A DNA stretch of 64,000 bases from Chitinophaga pinensis (lineage in GTDB: Bacteria; Bacteroidota; Bacteroidia; 2-12-FULL-35-15). Below the pieces are notes generated by a model, which was not told where the DNA came from, ran no database searches, and saw only the letters and a list, made by a program, of their open reading frames with translations. Below are positions 37,378 through 47,514 of this stretch, piece after piece. Each line of letters starts with the position of its first letter. The stretch's first letter is position 1. The stretch is taken from the NCBI GenBank assembly GCA_945865315.1, contig CAMBDK010000001.1, forward strand, positions 4,378 to 68,377, read 5' to 3'. Position numbers and translations under genes: made by a program.

Positions 37378-39861
37378 ATGAATCATAGCATTCAATCAAT
37401 TTCGGATGTAATTAATGCAAGCATTAGTGGCAACGGCAATAGGGATTCTAAAATAAAAAGTTTACTAATTGACAGTCGCAAACTGAGTAATCCAGATACT
37501 TCATTGTTTTTTGCTATAACCGGAGAACGCCATGATGGACACAGTTATCTGTTAGATTTATATAAATTGGGTGTTCGTCATTTTGTAGTTTCTATACTTC
37601 CAACAAATATTAATTATTTTGAAAATTCAATTTTTTTCTTAGTAAAGGATACTTTACGCGCCTTGCAAGATTTAAGTGCCTTCCATCGTTTACAGTTTAA
37701 TATTCCAATCATAGGTATTACAGGTAGCAATGGGAAAACTGTTGTAAAAGAGTGGCTTTTTCAATTAATGCGGGAAGAAAAAAACATTGTACGAAGCCCT
37801 AAAAGTTTTAATTCACAAGTTGGTGTTCCCCTTTCTGTTTGGCAAATAGCTGAAGAAAACAATTTAGGTGTTTTTGAAGCAGGCATTTCAAAAGCACAAG
37901 AAATGAATTATCTTGAGCATATCATTAAGCCAACAATTGGCCTTATAACTAACATTGGGCAAGCGCATGATGAAAACTTTGAAAGTCAAGAAAAAAAAGT
38001 TAATGAGAAGCTGAAATTATTTATTAATTCAGAAGTTTTAATCTATTGCAAGGATTATTTGAAAGTGCAAAATGAAATAACATCTAACAAAGCCCTTTTA
38101 AAATTAAAAGTATTTTCCTGGTCGCGAAAATATAGAGCAGATTTAATAATTGGCCGTATTAATAAAAGTATTGTAGATACAGAGATTCAAGGTATTTACA
38201 AAAATGATTTCATACATGTTTCTATCCCTTTTACAGATGAGGCAAGCATAGAAAATGCTATACACTGTTGGGCAACCTTGCTTTACTTAGGTTACGAAAA
38301 CTCTTTGATAGCATTACGCATGAGATATTTGAGCCCAATAGCCATGAGGTTAGAGTTAAAAGAAGGAATTAATAATTGCTCTGTTATAAATGATAGTTAT
38401 AACTCAGATTTAGGTTCTTTGTCCATCGCTCTCGATTTTTTAAACCAGCAAAAGCAACACCCCAAAAAAACATTAATACTCTCCGATATATTGCAAAGTG
38501 GCCGTAATGAGGAGGCGCTTTATAAAGAGGTAGCGGAGTTAATACATAAAAAAGGGGTGTCGCGTTTAATAGGAATAGGTAAAGGGATTTCCAGTCAAAT
38601 GAATCAATTTGATATAGAAAAATATTTTTACAAATCGACTGAAGATTTTTTGGGAGAGTTCAACAACTCACTTTTTCGTGATGAAACTATTTTATTGAAA
38701 GGGGCTAGAGCCTTTGGATTTGAAGCCATTAGTAAAATAATTCAGCAAAAAGCACATGAAACTATTTTAGAAATTAATTTAAATGCCATTGTCCATAATC
38801 TAAATTATTTTCGTTCAAAATTAAATGCCAATACTAAGATTATGGCAATGGTAAAAGCCTTTTCTTATGGTAGTGGAAGTTTTGAAATTGCTAATATTTT
38901 ACAATTTCATCGTATCAATTATTTAGCTGTTGCATATGCTGATGAAGGAATTGAATTGCGTAAAGCAGGTATTACCATGCCTATAATGGTTATGAATCCT
39001 GAAGAACAAAGTTATAATTCAATGATTCAATATAATTTAGAGCCAGAAATATATAGTTTTCGTGTATTAAGTTTATTCGAAGAAACACTAAAACGAAGCG
39101 AGCATAATAATATAGAACCTATTCCAATACATATAAAGCTAGATACTGGAATGCACCGTTTAGGATTTGACGAGTCTGAAATAAATGAGTTAATTGTACG
39201 TATTAAAAACAATAAAAATCTTGTCATCAGTTCTGTTTTTTCACATTTAGTGGCAAGTGATGAAGCAGAGCATGACGATTTTACGCGACTACAAATAAAT
39301 AAACTAAATGAGATAAGTCAAAAAATAAAAACTCATTTTGCCTACCCAATTATGAAACATATTCTAAACTCAGCGGGTATTAGTCGTTTTTCTGATGCAC
39401 AATTCGACATGGTAAGGCTGGGAATTGGATTATATGGCATAGGAACAAGCCCATTGGAACAATCGCAGTTACAAAATGTAAGTACATTAAAAACAAGTAT
39501 CTCGCAGATAAAAAATGTTCCTGCTAATGAAACAATAGGTTATAGCAGAAAGGGCCTCGCTACTCGCGATATGCAAATTGCCACTATTCCCATAGGTTAT
39601 GCTGATGGGTTAAGCCGAAAACTAAGTAATGGGAAAGGCAAAATGATGGTTAAAGGCAAGTATGCTCCGGTGATTGGTAACGTATGTATGGATATGTGTA
39701 TGATTGACATTACCGATATAAATGCAAATGAAAATGATGAGGTAATAGTTTTTGGGGAGGCTTATCCTATTGCCGAAATAGCTAAGGATGTCGGAACAAT
39801 ACCTTATGAAATATTGACCAGTATCTCGCGAAGAGTAAAAAGATTATATTTTCAGGAATAG
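37378..39861 (+). CDS. alr: Bifunctional MurF-like ligase / alanine racemase fusion
   Basis: GITGSNGKT, SFNSQVGVP and NDSYN (Mur ligase); MVKAFSYG (PLP Lys), KLDTGMHRLG, GYADG and VCMD (Alr). Confidence 0.93.
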   Translation: MNHSIQSISDVINASISGNGNRDSKIKSLLIDSRKLSNPDTSLFFAITGERHDGHSYLLDLYKLGVRHFVVSILPTNINYFENSIFFLVKDTLRALQDLSAFHRLQFNIPIIGITGSNGKTVVKEWLFQLMREEKNIVRSPKSFNSQVGVPLSVWQIAEENNLGVFEAGISKAQEMNYLEHIIKPTIGLITNIGQAHDENFESQEKKVNEKLKLFINSEVLIYCKDYLKVQNEITSNKALLKLKVFSWSRKYRADLIIGRINKSIVDTEIQGIYKNDFIHVSIPFTDEASIENAIHCWATLLYLGYENSLIALRMRYLSPIAMRLELKEGINNCSVINDSYNSDLGSLSIALDFLNQQKQHPKKTLILSDILQSGRNEEALYKEVAELIHKKGVSRLIGIGKGISSQMNQFDIEKYFYKSTEDFLGEFNNSLFRDETILLKGARAFGFEAISKIIQQKAHETILEINLNAIVHNLNYFRSKLNANTKIMAMVKAFSYGSGSFEIANILQFHRINYLAVAYADEGIELRKAGITMPIMVMNPEEQSYNSMIQYNLEPEIYSFRVLSLFEETLKRSEHNNIEPIPIHIKLDTGMHRLGFDESEINELIVRIKNNKNLVISSVFSHLVASDEAEHDDFTRLQINKLNEISQKIKTHFAYPIMKHILNSAGISRFSDAQFDMVRLGIGLYGIGTSPLEQSQLQNVSTLKTSISQIKNVPANETIGYSRKGLATRDMQIATIPIGYADGLSRKLSNGKGKMMVKGKYAPVIGNVCMDMCMIDITDINANENDEVIVFGEAYPIAEIAKDVGTIPYEILTSISRRVKRLYFQE

Positions 39862-39977
39862 ATTTGGTCGCTTAAAATCTTCCAGCTGTTTTTGGTAAGA
39901 TTATATTAATAAAATATTTTAATTATTTTTTATTAATATAATTTGTATTTTTGAATCATAATTTAAAAAGTATAATT

Positions 39978-40163
39978 ATGAATATGACGGATGTTTTTAA
40001 TGGAATTGGAAATTGTTTTCAATGGGGATTTACTTTTATGAAAAGTATAGGAAATGGCCCAAATTTATTTTTTTGGTTAATAATAGTCGTTTTACTTATT
40101 ATTTGGTTGCGCATGCAAACTAAATTTAATGCTGAAGCCAAGGAAAAAAACACATTACAATAA
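39978..40163 (+). CDS. Small single-TM membrane protein (DUF6341-like)
   Basis: About 61 aa with N.FF.....W...Q.KF pattern; TATTTTTG -7 box at 39946-39953. Confidence 0.6.
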   Translation: MNMTDVFNGIGNCFQWGFTFMKSIGNGPNLFFWLIIVVLLIIWLRMQTKFNAEAKEKNTLQ

Positions 40164-40371
40164 ATCTACTTTTAATTATCCTATGCTCTTATCGTAGATT
40201 TTTTTAAAAAAACAATACGATTAAGGCTCGCAATTAAAACCCTTGTTGCACTTTATTCTTTGATGATGATAACAGCTTGATGTAAGTTTTTTTTAATCGT
40301 TCACAAATTCTTATACCACTATTATATTAATGGATTTCTGCCTATACTTTTTGGCACATACCTCTCTCTTT

Positions 40372-41256
40372 CTATAAATTAATTACTTCAATAGTAGTAT
40401 TTATTTTCTTAACTAAGCCTTGCAATACTTTTCCTGGACCCAATTCCGTGAAGGAGGAAGCGCCATCAGAAATCATTTGTTGAATAGTTTGTGTCCATTT
40501 AACCGGAGCCGTAAGTTGTGCTATCAAGTTTTTCTTTATTTCTGAAGGCATAGAGACAGCATTTGCCGTAACATTTTGATAGATAGGGCAAATAGGTTGG
40601 TAGAAGTTGGTGCTATTAATTGCAGCCTCTAATTCAATGCTGGCAGGTTCCATTAATGGAGAATGGAAGGCTCCTCCTACAGGTAATATTAAGGTTCGTT
40701 TTGCACCAGCAGATTTTAATTTTTCACAGGCGATGTTTATTCCATTAATAGTTCCAGAAATTACTAATTGCCCCTGACAATTATAATTTGCAGGAACTAC
40801 GATATCACCTAATTGAGTGATTTCTGAACAAATAGTTTCAATAATATTATCCTCGAGATTTGTAATGGCTGCCATGGTTGATGGAATAATTTCGCAAGCT
40901 TTTTGCATTGCCATTGCACGTTTCGACACCAATATCAAGGCGTCTTCAAATAATAAAGATTTATTTACCACCAATGCCGAGAACTCACCTAAGCTATGAC
41001 CTGCAACCATTTCTGGGTTTATTTTATCCCCCATCGTAATTGCTGAAATTACAGAATGTAAAAAAATTGCCGGCTGTGTAACTTTAGTTTGTTTTAGCTC
41101 ATCTTCTGTTCCAGTGAACATAATATCTGTTATTCTGAACCCTAGAATAGCGTTGGCTTTTTCAAATAATTCTTTTGCAATTGAAGATGTTTCGTATAGG
41201 TCTTTACCCATACCAACAAACTGTGAGCCTTGCCCTGGAAAAATGTATGCTTTCAT
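40372..41256 (-). CDS. fabD: Malonyl-CoA-ACP transacylase
   Basis: FPGQGSQ, TQPAI, GHSLGE, GAFHS, ELGPG. Confidence 0.96.
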   Translation of the reverse strand: MKAYIFPGQGSQFVGMGKDLYETSSIAKELFEKANAILGFRITDIMFTGTEDELKQTKVTQPAIFLHSVISAITMGDKINPEMVAGHSLGEFSALVVNKSLLFEDALILVSKRAMAMQKACEIIPSTMAAITNLEDNIIETICSEITQLGDIVVPANYNCQGQLVISGTINGINIACEKLKSAGAKRTLILPVGGAFHSPLMEPASIELEAAINSTNFYQPICPIYQNVTANAVSMPSEIKKNLIAQLTAPVKWTQTIQQMISDGASSFTELGPGKVLQGLVKKINTTIEVINL

Positions 41257-41407
41257 TTATAATGATTTAAATTTTACGAAGCTTTTAAAGCCTTGTTAAG
41301 ATTGGTTTTTATATTTATCAATTATTAATGCTGTTTTGTAAATCTCTGATTATTTATATGATTTTTAGGCGAATCTTTTTTTATTTCTCAGTTGAAATTA
41401 ATTTAAT

Positions 41408-41440
41408 AAAAAAGAGTTCTGATGTTTACCAGAACTCTTT
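41408..41440 (-). terminator. Intrinsic terminator
   Basis: AAAGAGTTCTG...CAGAACTCTTT stem with an A-run on the plus strand (U-tail on minus). Confidence 0.78.
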
Positions 41441-41462
41441 AATCAATTTAAATATATTTTAA

Positions 41463-42185
41463 TTATTTTTTGTCGCCAAACAAACGAAGTAACATTATAA
41501 ATAAGTTAATGAAATCCATATATAAATTTAAGGCACCCATAATTACTAATTTACTAGTTGCGGCTGTTCCAAATTCTACACCAGCACCTATGTTTTTTAA
41601 TTTTTGAACGTCATAGGCCGTTAGTCCAGTAAATACAAGTACTCCTACGAAACTAATTATATATTCCATGGTGCCACTATGCATAAACATGTTAATTAAA
41701 CTTGCAATAACAATACCTACTAGTCCCATCATCATGATGGAACCAAATTTTGTTAAATCGGTGTTAGTAGTGTAGCCAACAACAGACATTACGCCAAACA
41801 TTGCAGAAGCTGCAATGAATGTTGAGAATATTGAACCTGCGGTATAAGTAAGAAAAATAAAGCTTAAGCTCATCCCCATGACGGCAGCAAACAATAAAAA
41901 CAAAAATAATAACACAGGATATGAAATGCGGTTCATCCCGAAAGTCATTATTAGCACGAAGGCAAATGGAGAAAAAATTACACCATAACCTAATGCTGTT
42001 AAACCACCCACTTCTGGATTAATTAAATAGGATATTAATTCAGAACTATTGCCAAAATAAAATGCAACTATTGAAGTAATCGCTAATGCTGCAAACATCC
42101 AAGAGAATACACTCGACATAAATGTTTTCGATAATGTATTTGCCTCTTCTTTGGATTGAACGTAATTGAAGTTTTTAATTTCCAT
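41463..42185 (-). CDS. Bax inhibitor-1/YccA family membrane protein
   Basis: About 7 TM; GYTT..DL, FTGLTAYDVQKLK, GALNLYMDFINLF. Confidence 0.92.
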   Translation of the reverse strand: MEIKNFNYVQSKEEANTLSKTFMSSVFSWMFAALAITSIVAFYFGNSSELISYLINPEVGGLTALGYGVIFSPFAFVLIMTFGMNRISYPVLLFLFLLFAAVMGMSLSFIFLTYTAGSIFSTFIAASAMFGVMSVVGYTTNTDLTKFGSIMMMGLVGIVIASLINMFMHSGTMEYIISFVGVLVFTGLTAYDVQKLKNIGAGVEFGTAATSKLVIMGALNLYMDFINLFIMLLRLFGDKK

Positions 42186-42534
42186 GATTTTTTTTTTATG
42201 TTTGGTATTTAAAGCTACAAATATAATACCAATTATGCTTAATTGGCAATAAATTTATTTATGGGACATTTTGGCAATAAAAATACGAATAAAAATTAAT
42301 GTTTGAATTTACAGGTCATAAAAAAATATTATTAAACTTTGTAATATTTTGTTTTTTTTGAAATATTTTCCGACGAAAAAAACACTATGTTTATTAATTG
42401 CTGATTTTAAAATGTGGTAAAGACAAATTACTGAAAAATAAGTTTTTTGATTTGTGGATTAAAAAAGAAATAAAGAATGGTTTATAAAAAGTGAAAAAAT
42501 AGCAGCCTATAAAATTATTTTCATAAAAGTAATA

Positions 42535-43158
42535 TTAATGAAGCTTCGTTCCAATTAAGCTAATAAATTCCGCTCGAGTAGTCTCTTTTAAAAATTCACC
42601 CGTAAATGCAGATGTGGTAGTTACCGAATTCTGTTTTTGGATACCTCTCATTTGCATGCATAAATGCGAACATTCAATTACAACGGCAACGCCAAGTGGT
42701 TTTAAGGTATCTTCAATACAATCCCTTATTTCTGTTGTTAATCTTTCTTGAACTTGGAGCCTTCTTGCAAAAGCATCTATAACTCTAGGGATTTTACTTA
42801 AGCCAACAATGTATCCATTTGGTATATATGCTACATGGGCCTTACCAAAAAACGGGAGTAAATGGTGTTCGCACATGGAATAAATTTCAATGTTTTTTAC
42901 TAGTACCATTTGTTTATAATCTTCTTTGAACCGGGCTGATTTTAATATTTCTGTTGGATTGAGCTTGTATCCATGAGTAAGAAATTTCATTGCTTTTGCA
43001 ACACGTTCAGGGGTTTTTAAAAGTCCTTCTCTATGAGGGTCTTCACCAATTTCACTTAAAATACTTTTATATTTAGAAGCTAAACCTCCAATTGATTGTT
43101 CATTGTAAATATCAATTTTATTATAGCCTGTTAAATCGTCAAATTCGTCGTGGGACAT
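42535..43158 (-). CDS. folE: GTP cyclohydrolase I
   Basis: [40 protein letters not shown]. Confidence 0.96.
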   Translation of the reverse strand: MSHDEFDDLTGYNKIDIYNEQSIGGLASKYKSILSEIGEDPHREGLLKTPERVAKAMKFLTHGYKLNPTEILKSARFKEDYKQMVLVKNIEIYSMCEHHLLPFFGKAHVAYIPNGYIVGLSKIPRVIDAFARRLQVQERLTTEIRDCIEDTLKPLGVAVVIECSHLCMQMRGIQKQNSVTTTSAFTGEFLKETTRAEFISLIGTKLH

Positions 43159-43250
43159 TTCGTTTTATTTATTTTTAATAGTAACAAGTTATATTCCTAT
43201 TATTATTAAACCAACTTATTATTAAAAAGATTATCTAAAAATCAATATTA

Positions 43251-43440
43251 GTCATTGTTACAAAATAACTAATAAATTTCGGCTTGTTTTTTTGCTTTCT
43301 TTCGTCTTGTAAAATCGTTTAATAGGTAAGGGTAATCGCCTGTAAACTCTGTTGCTCATCTAGCCACTGGCTGGCTGCTGTGACTTGAAAAGAATAAAAT
43401 TACTTCACCAATTCTGTGATATTTATTTCTTAACAATGCC
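43251..43440. mobile_element. MITE-like element, copy B (190 bp)
   Basis: Left end GTCATTGTTACAAAATAA; right end TTATTTCTTAACAATGCC, identical to copy A. Flanks are TTA and TCA. Colinear with 19104..19299. Confidence 0.72.
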
Positions 43441-43450
43441 TCAGATGTGG

Positions 43451-43864
43451 TTATTCTCCAAAATATTCCACATAATTGTTTTCAGTTTCACATAGTTTAA
43501 TGCAATGCAGTTCGCAATTTAATAATTTAAGATGAGGTGTTAATTCTTTCCAAATAGCAATCGCAACATTTTCAGTAGACGGCATCAGGTCTTTTAAAAA
43601 ATCGACATCCATGTTCAAATTTTTATGATCTAATTTATCCGTGATAAAAGTTCTTATAATACTACTTAGTTCTTTTAAATTAACAGAAAATCCTGTATCC
43701 GGATTTACTTTTCCTTTAACAGTAACAAACAAATTATAATTATGTCCATGCCAATTAGGATTGGCACATTTACCAAACACTTCATTGTTTTGGTCCTCCG
43801 TCCAATTTGGATTATACAATTTATGGGCGGCATTAAAATGTTCTCTTCGGGTAATGTGAATCAT
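43451..43864 (-). CDS. queD: 6-carboxytetrahydropterin synthase / PTPS family
   Basis: FNAAH, C.NPNWHGHNY, LDHKNLN, STENVA, ETENN. Confidence 0.88.
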   Translation of the reverse strand: MIHITRREHFNAAHKLYNPNWTEDQNNEVFGKCANPNWHGHNYNLFVTVKGKVNPDTGFSVNLKELSSIIRTFITDKLDHKNLNMDVDFLKDLMPSTENVAIAIWKELTPHLKLLNCELHCIKLCETENNYVEYFGE

Positions 43865-44144
43865 GTTGCAAATATACTAGGAATTATGATACTTTTTAAT
43901 CAAGATTTCAGCTATTTTTCTTTCAATTTTAATATTGTAATAAAAACATTTAATTGATTTTTGTATTTTTAGTACCTCAATAAGTATATTTGTTAAATTT
44001 ACCTTGTCATCTTTGCATCTCAAACTAGGCGTTAAAAAATTATTGGTTTTTTAACGCATTATTTTAATTTTATAAAATAATGTTTAGAATAATAAAAGGT
44101 TTGAAAAATATTTTTCTATTTAATTGAATTTAATTTATTTTTTT

Positions 44145-45632
44145 ATGAAAAAAATATTAGTTGCAAATCGAGGAGAAATAGCATTGCGTATCATGCGTTC
44201 TTGTCGAGAAATGGGTATAAAAACTGTTGCAATTTATTCTGAAGCTGACAGGAATGCGCCCTTTGTAAAATATGCTGATGAAGCTATTTGTATTGGTCCT
44301 CCGCCATCCAGTCAGTCCTATTTGTTGGGAAATAAAATTATAGAAATTGCAAAAGGATTGGGAGTTGACGGCATTCATCCTGGCTATGGTTTTTTATCGG
44401 AAAATGCAGCATTCGCAGCAGCTGTAAAGGTTGCTGGCATTATATTTATAGGGCCTTCACCAGAAGCCATGAATATTATGGGAGATAAGTTGTCGGCGAA
44501 AGCAGCAGCTAAAAAGTATAACATCCCTATGGTTCCTGGTTCTGATGGCGCCATAGTTAACATAGAAGAAGGAAAGAAAACGGCGATATTAACAGGTTTC
44601 CCACTTTTAATAAAGGCTAGTGCAGGAGGAGGGGGTAAGGGGATGCGTGTTGTAGAGCATATTGGTGAATTTGAAGAGCAAATGAAACTGGCTGTTAGCG
44701 AGGCTATTTCGTCATTTGGAAATGGAGCAGTATTTATAGAACGTTACGTTGCCAGTCCTCGCCATATTGAAATTCAAATTTTGGGTGATTCGCATGGTAA
44801 TATTGTTTATTTGTTTGAAAGAGAATGTTCCATTCAAAGAAGACATCAAAAGGTTATTGAGGAAGCGCCATCATCGGTATTAAGCCCTGAAATTAGGAAA
44901 GCAATGGGGGAGTGCGCTGTTAACGTAGGCAAAGCAGTTAATTATGAGGGGGCAGGAACAGTTGAGTTTTTATTTGACGAAAATAATAATTTTTATTTTC
45001 TGGAAATGAACACGCGTTTGCAGGTAGAGCATCCGGTAACTGAAATGATTACAGGCATTGATTTGGTGAAAGAACAAATAAAAGTGGCACGTGGCGAAAA
45101 GCTTTCTTTTTCGCAGCAAGATTTAAAAATTCAAGGTCATAGCTTAGAGGTGCGTATTTATGCTGAAGACCCCTGCAATAATTTTTTACCTGATATTGGT
45201 AAATTAATTTCTTATAAACGTCCTCAAGGATTTGGGGTTCGAGTAGATGATGGTTTTGAGGAAGGGATGGAAATCCCCATTTATTATGACCCTATGATTT
45301 CCAAACTTATAACTTTTGGAAAGGATAGAGAGGAAGCAATAACTCGTATGTTACGTGCTATTGATGATTATCAGATTGTGGGAGTAAAAACTACCTTGAG
45401 TTTTTGCAAGTTTGTTTTGAAATCAGAGGCCTTTACCTCTGGTAAATTCGACACCCATTTTATAAAAAATCATTTTTCACCTGAAATGTTACTTAATGAA
45501 AAAGAGGATGAAGCAATAGTTGCGGCATTATTTGGTGCTAAATTAATGAACGAAAAAGAAGCTACTTCAAAAATTAAAAACACTGAATCGGAAGTTTTAT
45601 TGTCGAAATGGAAGCAAAATCGTAATAATTAA
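44145..45632 (+). CDS. accC: Biotin carboxylase subunit of an acyl-CoA carboxylase
   Basis: KILVANRGEIA, HPGYGFLSEN, KASAGGGGKG, ERECSIQRRHQK, EMNTRLQVEHPVTE, YYDPMISK. The C-terminal tail suggests an acetyl/propionyl-CoA carboxylase type. Confidence 0.88.
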   Translation: MKKILVANRGEIALRIMRSCREMGIKTVAIYSEADRNAPFVKYADEAICIGPPPSSQSYLLGNKIIEIAKGLGVDGIHPGYGFLSENAAFAAAVKVAGIIFIGPSPEAMNIMGDKLSAKAAAKKYNIPMVPGSDGAIVNIEEGKKTAILTGFPLLIKASAGGGGKGMRVVEHIGEFEEQMKLAVSEAISSFGNGAVFIERYVASPRHIEIQILGDSHGNIVYLFERECSIQRRHQKVIEEAPSSVLSPEIRKAMGECAVNVGKAVNYEGAGTVEFLFDENNNFYFLEMNTRLQVEHPVTEMITGIDLVKEQIKVARGEKLSFSQQDLKIQGHSLEVRIYAEDPCNNFLPDIGKLISYKRPQGFGVRVDDGFEEGMEIPIYYDPMISKLITFGKDREEAITRMLRAIDDYQIVGVKTTLSFCKFVLKSEAFTSGKFDTHFIKNHFSPEMLLNEKEDEAIVAALFGAKLMNEKEATSKIKNTESEVLLSKWKQNRNN

Positions 45633-45739
45633 TACAACTATTTTTATTTTTAGCAATCTATTTCCTTGAAAATGTTGTGCAAATATTTTTTTCTTATTGT
45701 AGTTTAATAATTCGGTACAGGATTTGTTTTAGCAGCCTT

Positions 45740-46372
45740 ATGGCAAAAATAAAAATATTGTTTTCTTTTTTTTTACCCATATTTTGTTTGGCACAAAATA
45801 ATGTTTCTCCTGTTAAAGCACCATTGGGTAATAATTATAAAGGACTTCAATTGCCTGAAAAAGCAATTGAGGTTCAAGCTACTATTTATAATGGGGACAC
45901 AATACCTTATGTAATATTGCCAAGCATTGAATTTTATGTCCCTCGTTTTTTCAAAAACAAAAAAGATGCTGAAAAATGGAACAGATTGAAATTTAATGTC
46001 AGAAAAGTATATCCATATGCTATTTTAGCTGCCGCTAGGCTTAAAGAATACGAAAAAGTGATGTCAAAAATATCAAATGAAAATGAGAAAAAAAAATACA
46101 TGAAGCTTGCTGAAAAAAAATTAAAAGATGAATTTGGCAATGAATTGAAAAATTTGACCATGACGCAGGGCCGTATTTTAATAAAACTTATTGACCGAGA
46201 AACAGGTAAAACTGCGTTTAAAATTGTAAAAGAAATGCGTGGGACCTTTTCCGCCTTTATGTGGCAAAGTTTAGCTGTTTTGTTTAGCTCAAACCTTAAA
46301 GATCAGTACGATCCAAATTCTGAGGACAAAGCCATTGAGCAGGCAATAAAATTAATAGAAGATTTACAATAA
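45740..46372 (+). CDS. DUF4294-like exported protein
   Basis: GDTIP, VRKVYPYA, LKNLTMTQGRILIKLIDRETG, WQSLA.LF...LK..YDP. Confidence 0.8.
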   Translation: MAKIKILFSFFLPIFCLAQNNVSPVKAPLGNNYKGLQLPEKAIEVQATIYNGDTIPYVILPSIEFYVPRFFKNKKDAEKWNRLKFNVRKVYPYAILAAARLKEYEKVMSKISNENEKKKYMKLAEKKLKDEFGNELKNLTMTQGRILIKLIDRETGKTAFKIVKEMRGTFSAFMWQSLAVLFSSNLKDQYDPNSEDKAIEQAIKLIEDLQ

Positions 46373-46496
46373 AATAAGCGGCATAAATTTTTATTGCCAG
46401 GTTATTAAAATTAATTGCAAACAATTTTTAAAGACTCTTGTAAATGATGGCATTTTAAATATAATTGTAAGTACATTTGTAAGCTAATCTAATAGC

Positions 46497-46536
46497 TAAT
46501 TATTAATTATTAATTATTAATTATTAATTATTAATT
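46497..46536. repeat. (TAATTAT)n heptamer tandem repeat, 5.7 copies
   Basis: Perfect tract lying between TACATTTG (46472-46479) and ATG 46603. Confidence 0.9.
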
Positions 46537-46602
46537 TATGTTTAATTAAAGCTATCCTTGGTATTTGATGTTATATTTATTTTAAGAGTAAATTATCGAA
46601 AA

Positions 46603-47469
46603 ATGAAATTTAAAAAAATAAATTTAAAAGTATATTTTGCAATAACAGTTGGTTTTTTTCTGTTTACTTCCTTTAGTTATAAATACCAAAGTTTAGAAAA
46701 TAACTCTCGGGAAATATTGCTTGGTGTTTTGGAGTCTATTTCAAAAATTAAAACGATGCGTTACCATCTTCTTTGTAATGAAAGAATAAATGGTAAAATA
46801 CAGCAAACAGAGTCAAAGGTAAAGTTGCAAATATCGCCCAGGAAATTATATTTATCTTTAAAAGGCCCTGAGTTATTGTGGTTAGAAGGTCAAAATGATG
46901 GAGATGCCTTGATAAATCCGGGAGCTTTTCCATATATTAATCTTAACCTAGATCCATTTGGTTCATTTATGCGAAAGGGGCAGCACCATACAATTCATGA
47001 AATGGGTTTGAAATATCTTTCTCTTATTTTGAATGCAGCCATTAAACGAGCAGGCGATAGTTTTGAGAAGAATTTTGTTGTTGTTGGGGAAGAAAAATAC
47101 TATGGACGAGATTGTTATAAACTTTCTATTGCTTTTCCCGATTTTGTATGGAAATCATATACAGTAAAGAAAGGTGAAGACCTTATATCAATTGCTAGAA
47201 AGCTATTTGTAAGCGAATACATGATATTGGAAAGAAACCCCAAACTAAGCTGGTACGATGATGTAAAAGAAGGGCAAATTATACAAGTGCCAGATGCATA
47301 TGCAAAACTAACTGTGCTCTTAATAGATAAGAAAATTTTATTGCCTGTTAAAAATGAAATATTTGATGATAAGGGACTTTTCGAAGCTTACGAATTTTAT
47401 GATTTAGATGTAAATTTGCCAATAGCAGCCGAAGAATTTACTGAAAATTATAAAGATTATAATTTTTGA
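46603..47469 (+). CDS. DUF1571-like (LolA-like fold) protein with inserted LysM domain, paralogue 1
   Basis: ERING, PRKLY, LNLDPFG..MRK.QHHTI.E.G; LysM YTVKKGEDLISIA...N...GQIIQVP; LFEAYEF. Confidence 0.72.
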   Translation: MKFKKINLKVYFAITVGFFLFTSFSYKYQSLENNSREILLGVLESISKIKTMRYHLLCNERINGKIQQTESKVKLQISPRKLYLSLKGPELLWLEGQNDGDALINPGAFPYINLNLDPFGSFMRKGQHHTIHEMGLKYLSLILNAAIKRAGDSFEKNFVVVGEEKYYGRDCYKLSIAFPDFVWKSYTVKKGEDLISIARKLFVSEYMILERNPKLSWYDDVKEGQIIQVPDAYAKLTVLLIDKKILLPVKNEIFDDKGLFEAYEFYDLDVNLPIAAEEFTENYKDYNF

Positions 47470-47514
47470 TAAGCCTAAAGTGCATTATTCAAAAGTAACA
47501 AGCATTTTATATAT

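Noticed and set aside
37378..39861. MurF-Alr fusion as a novelty
   Set aside because: This is a well-known Bacteroidota gene architecture.
44029..44057. Hairpin GCGTTAAAAAA...TTTTTTAACGC in the queD/accC spacer as a riboswitch (for example preQ1)
   Set aside because: A simple AT-rich stem with no aptamer features; its function cannot be supported from sequence.
46497..46536. Tandem repeats as a CRISPR array
   Set aside because: No spacers and no cas genes; a simple microsatellite. No repeat-spacer array was seen anywhere in the window.
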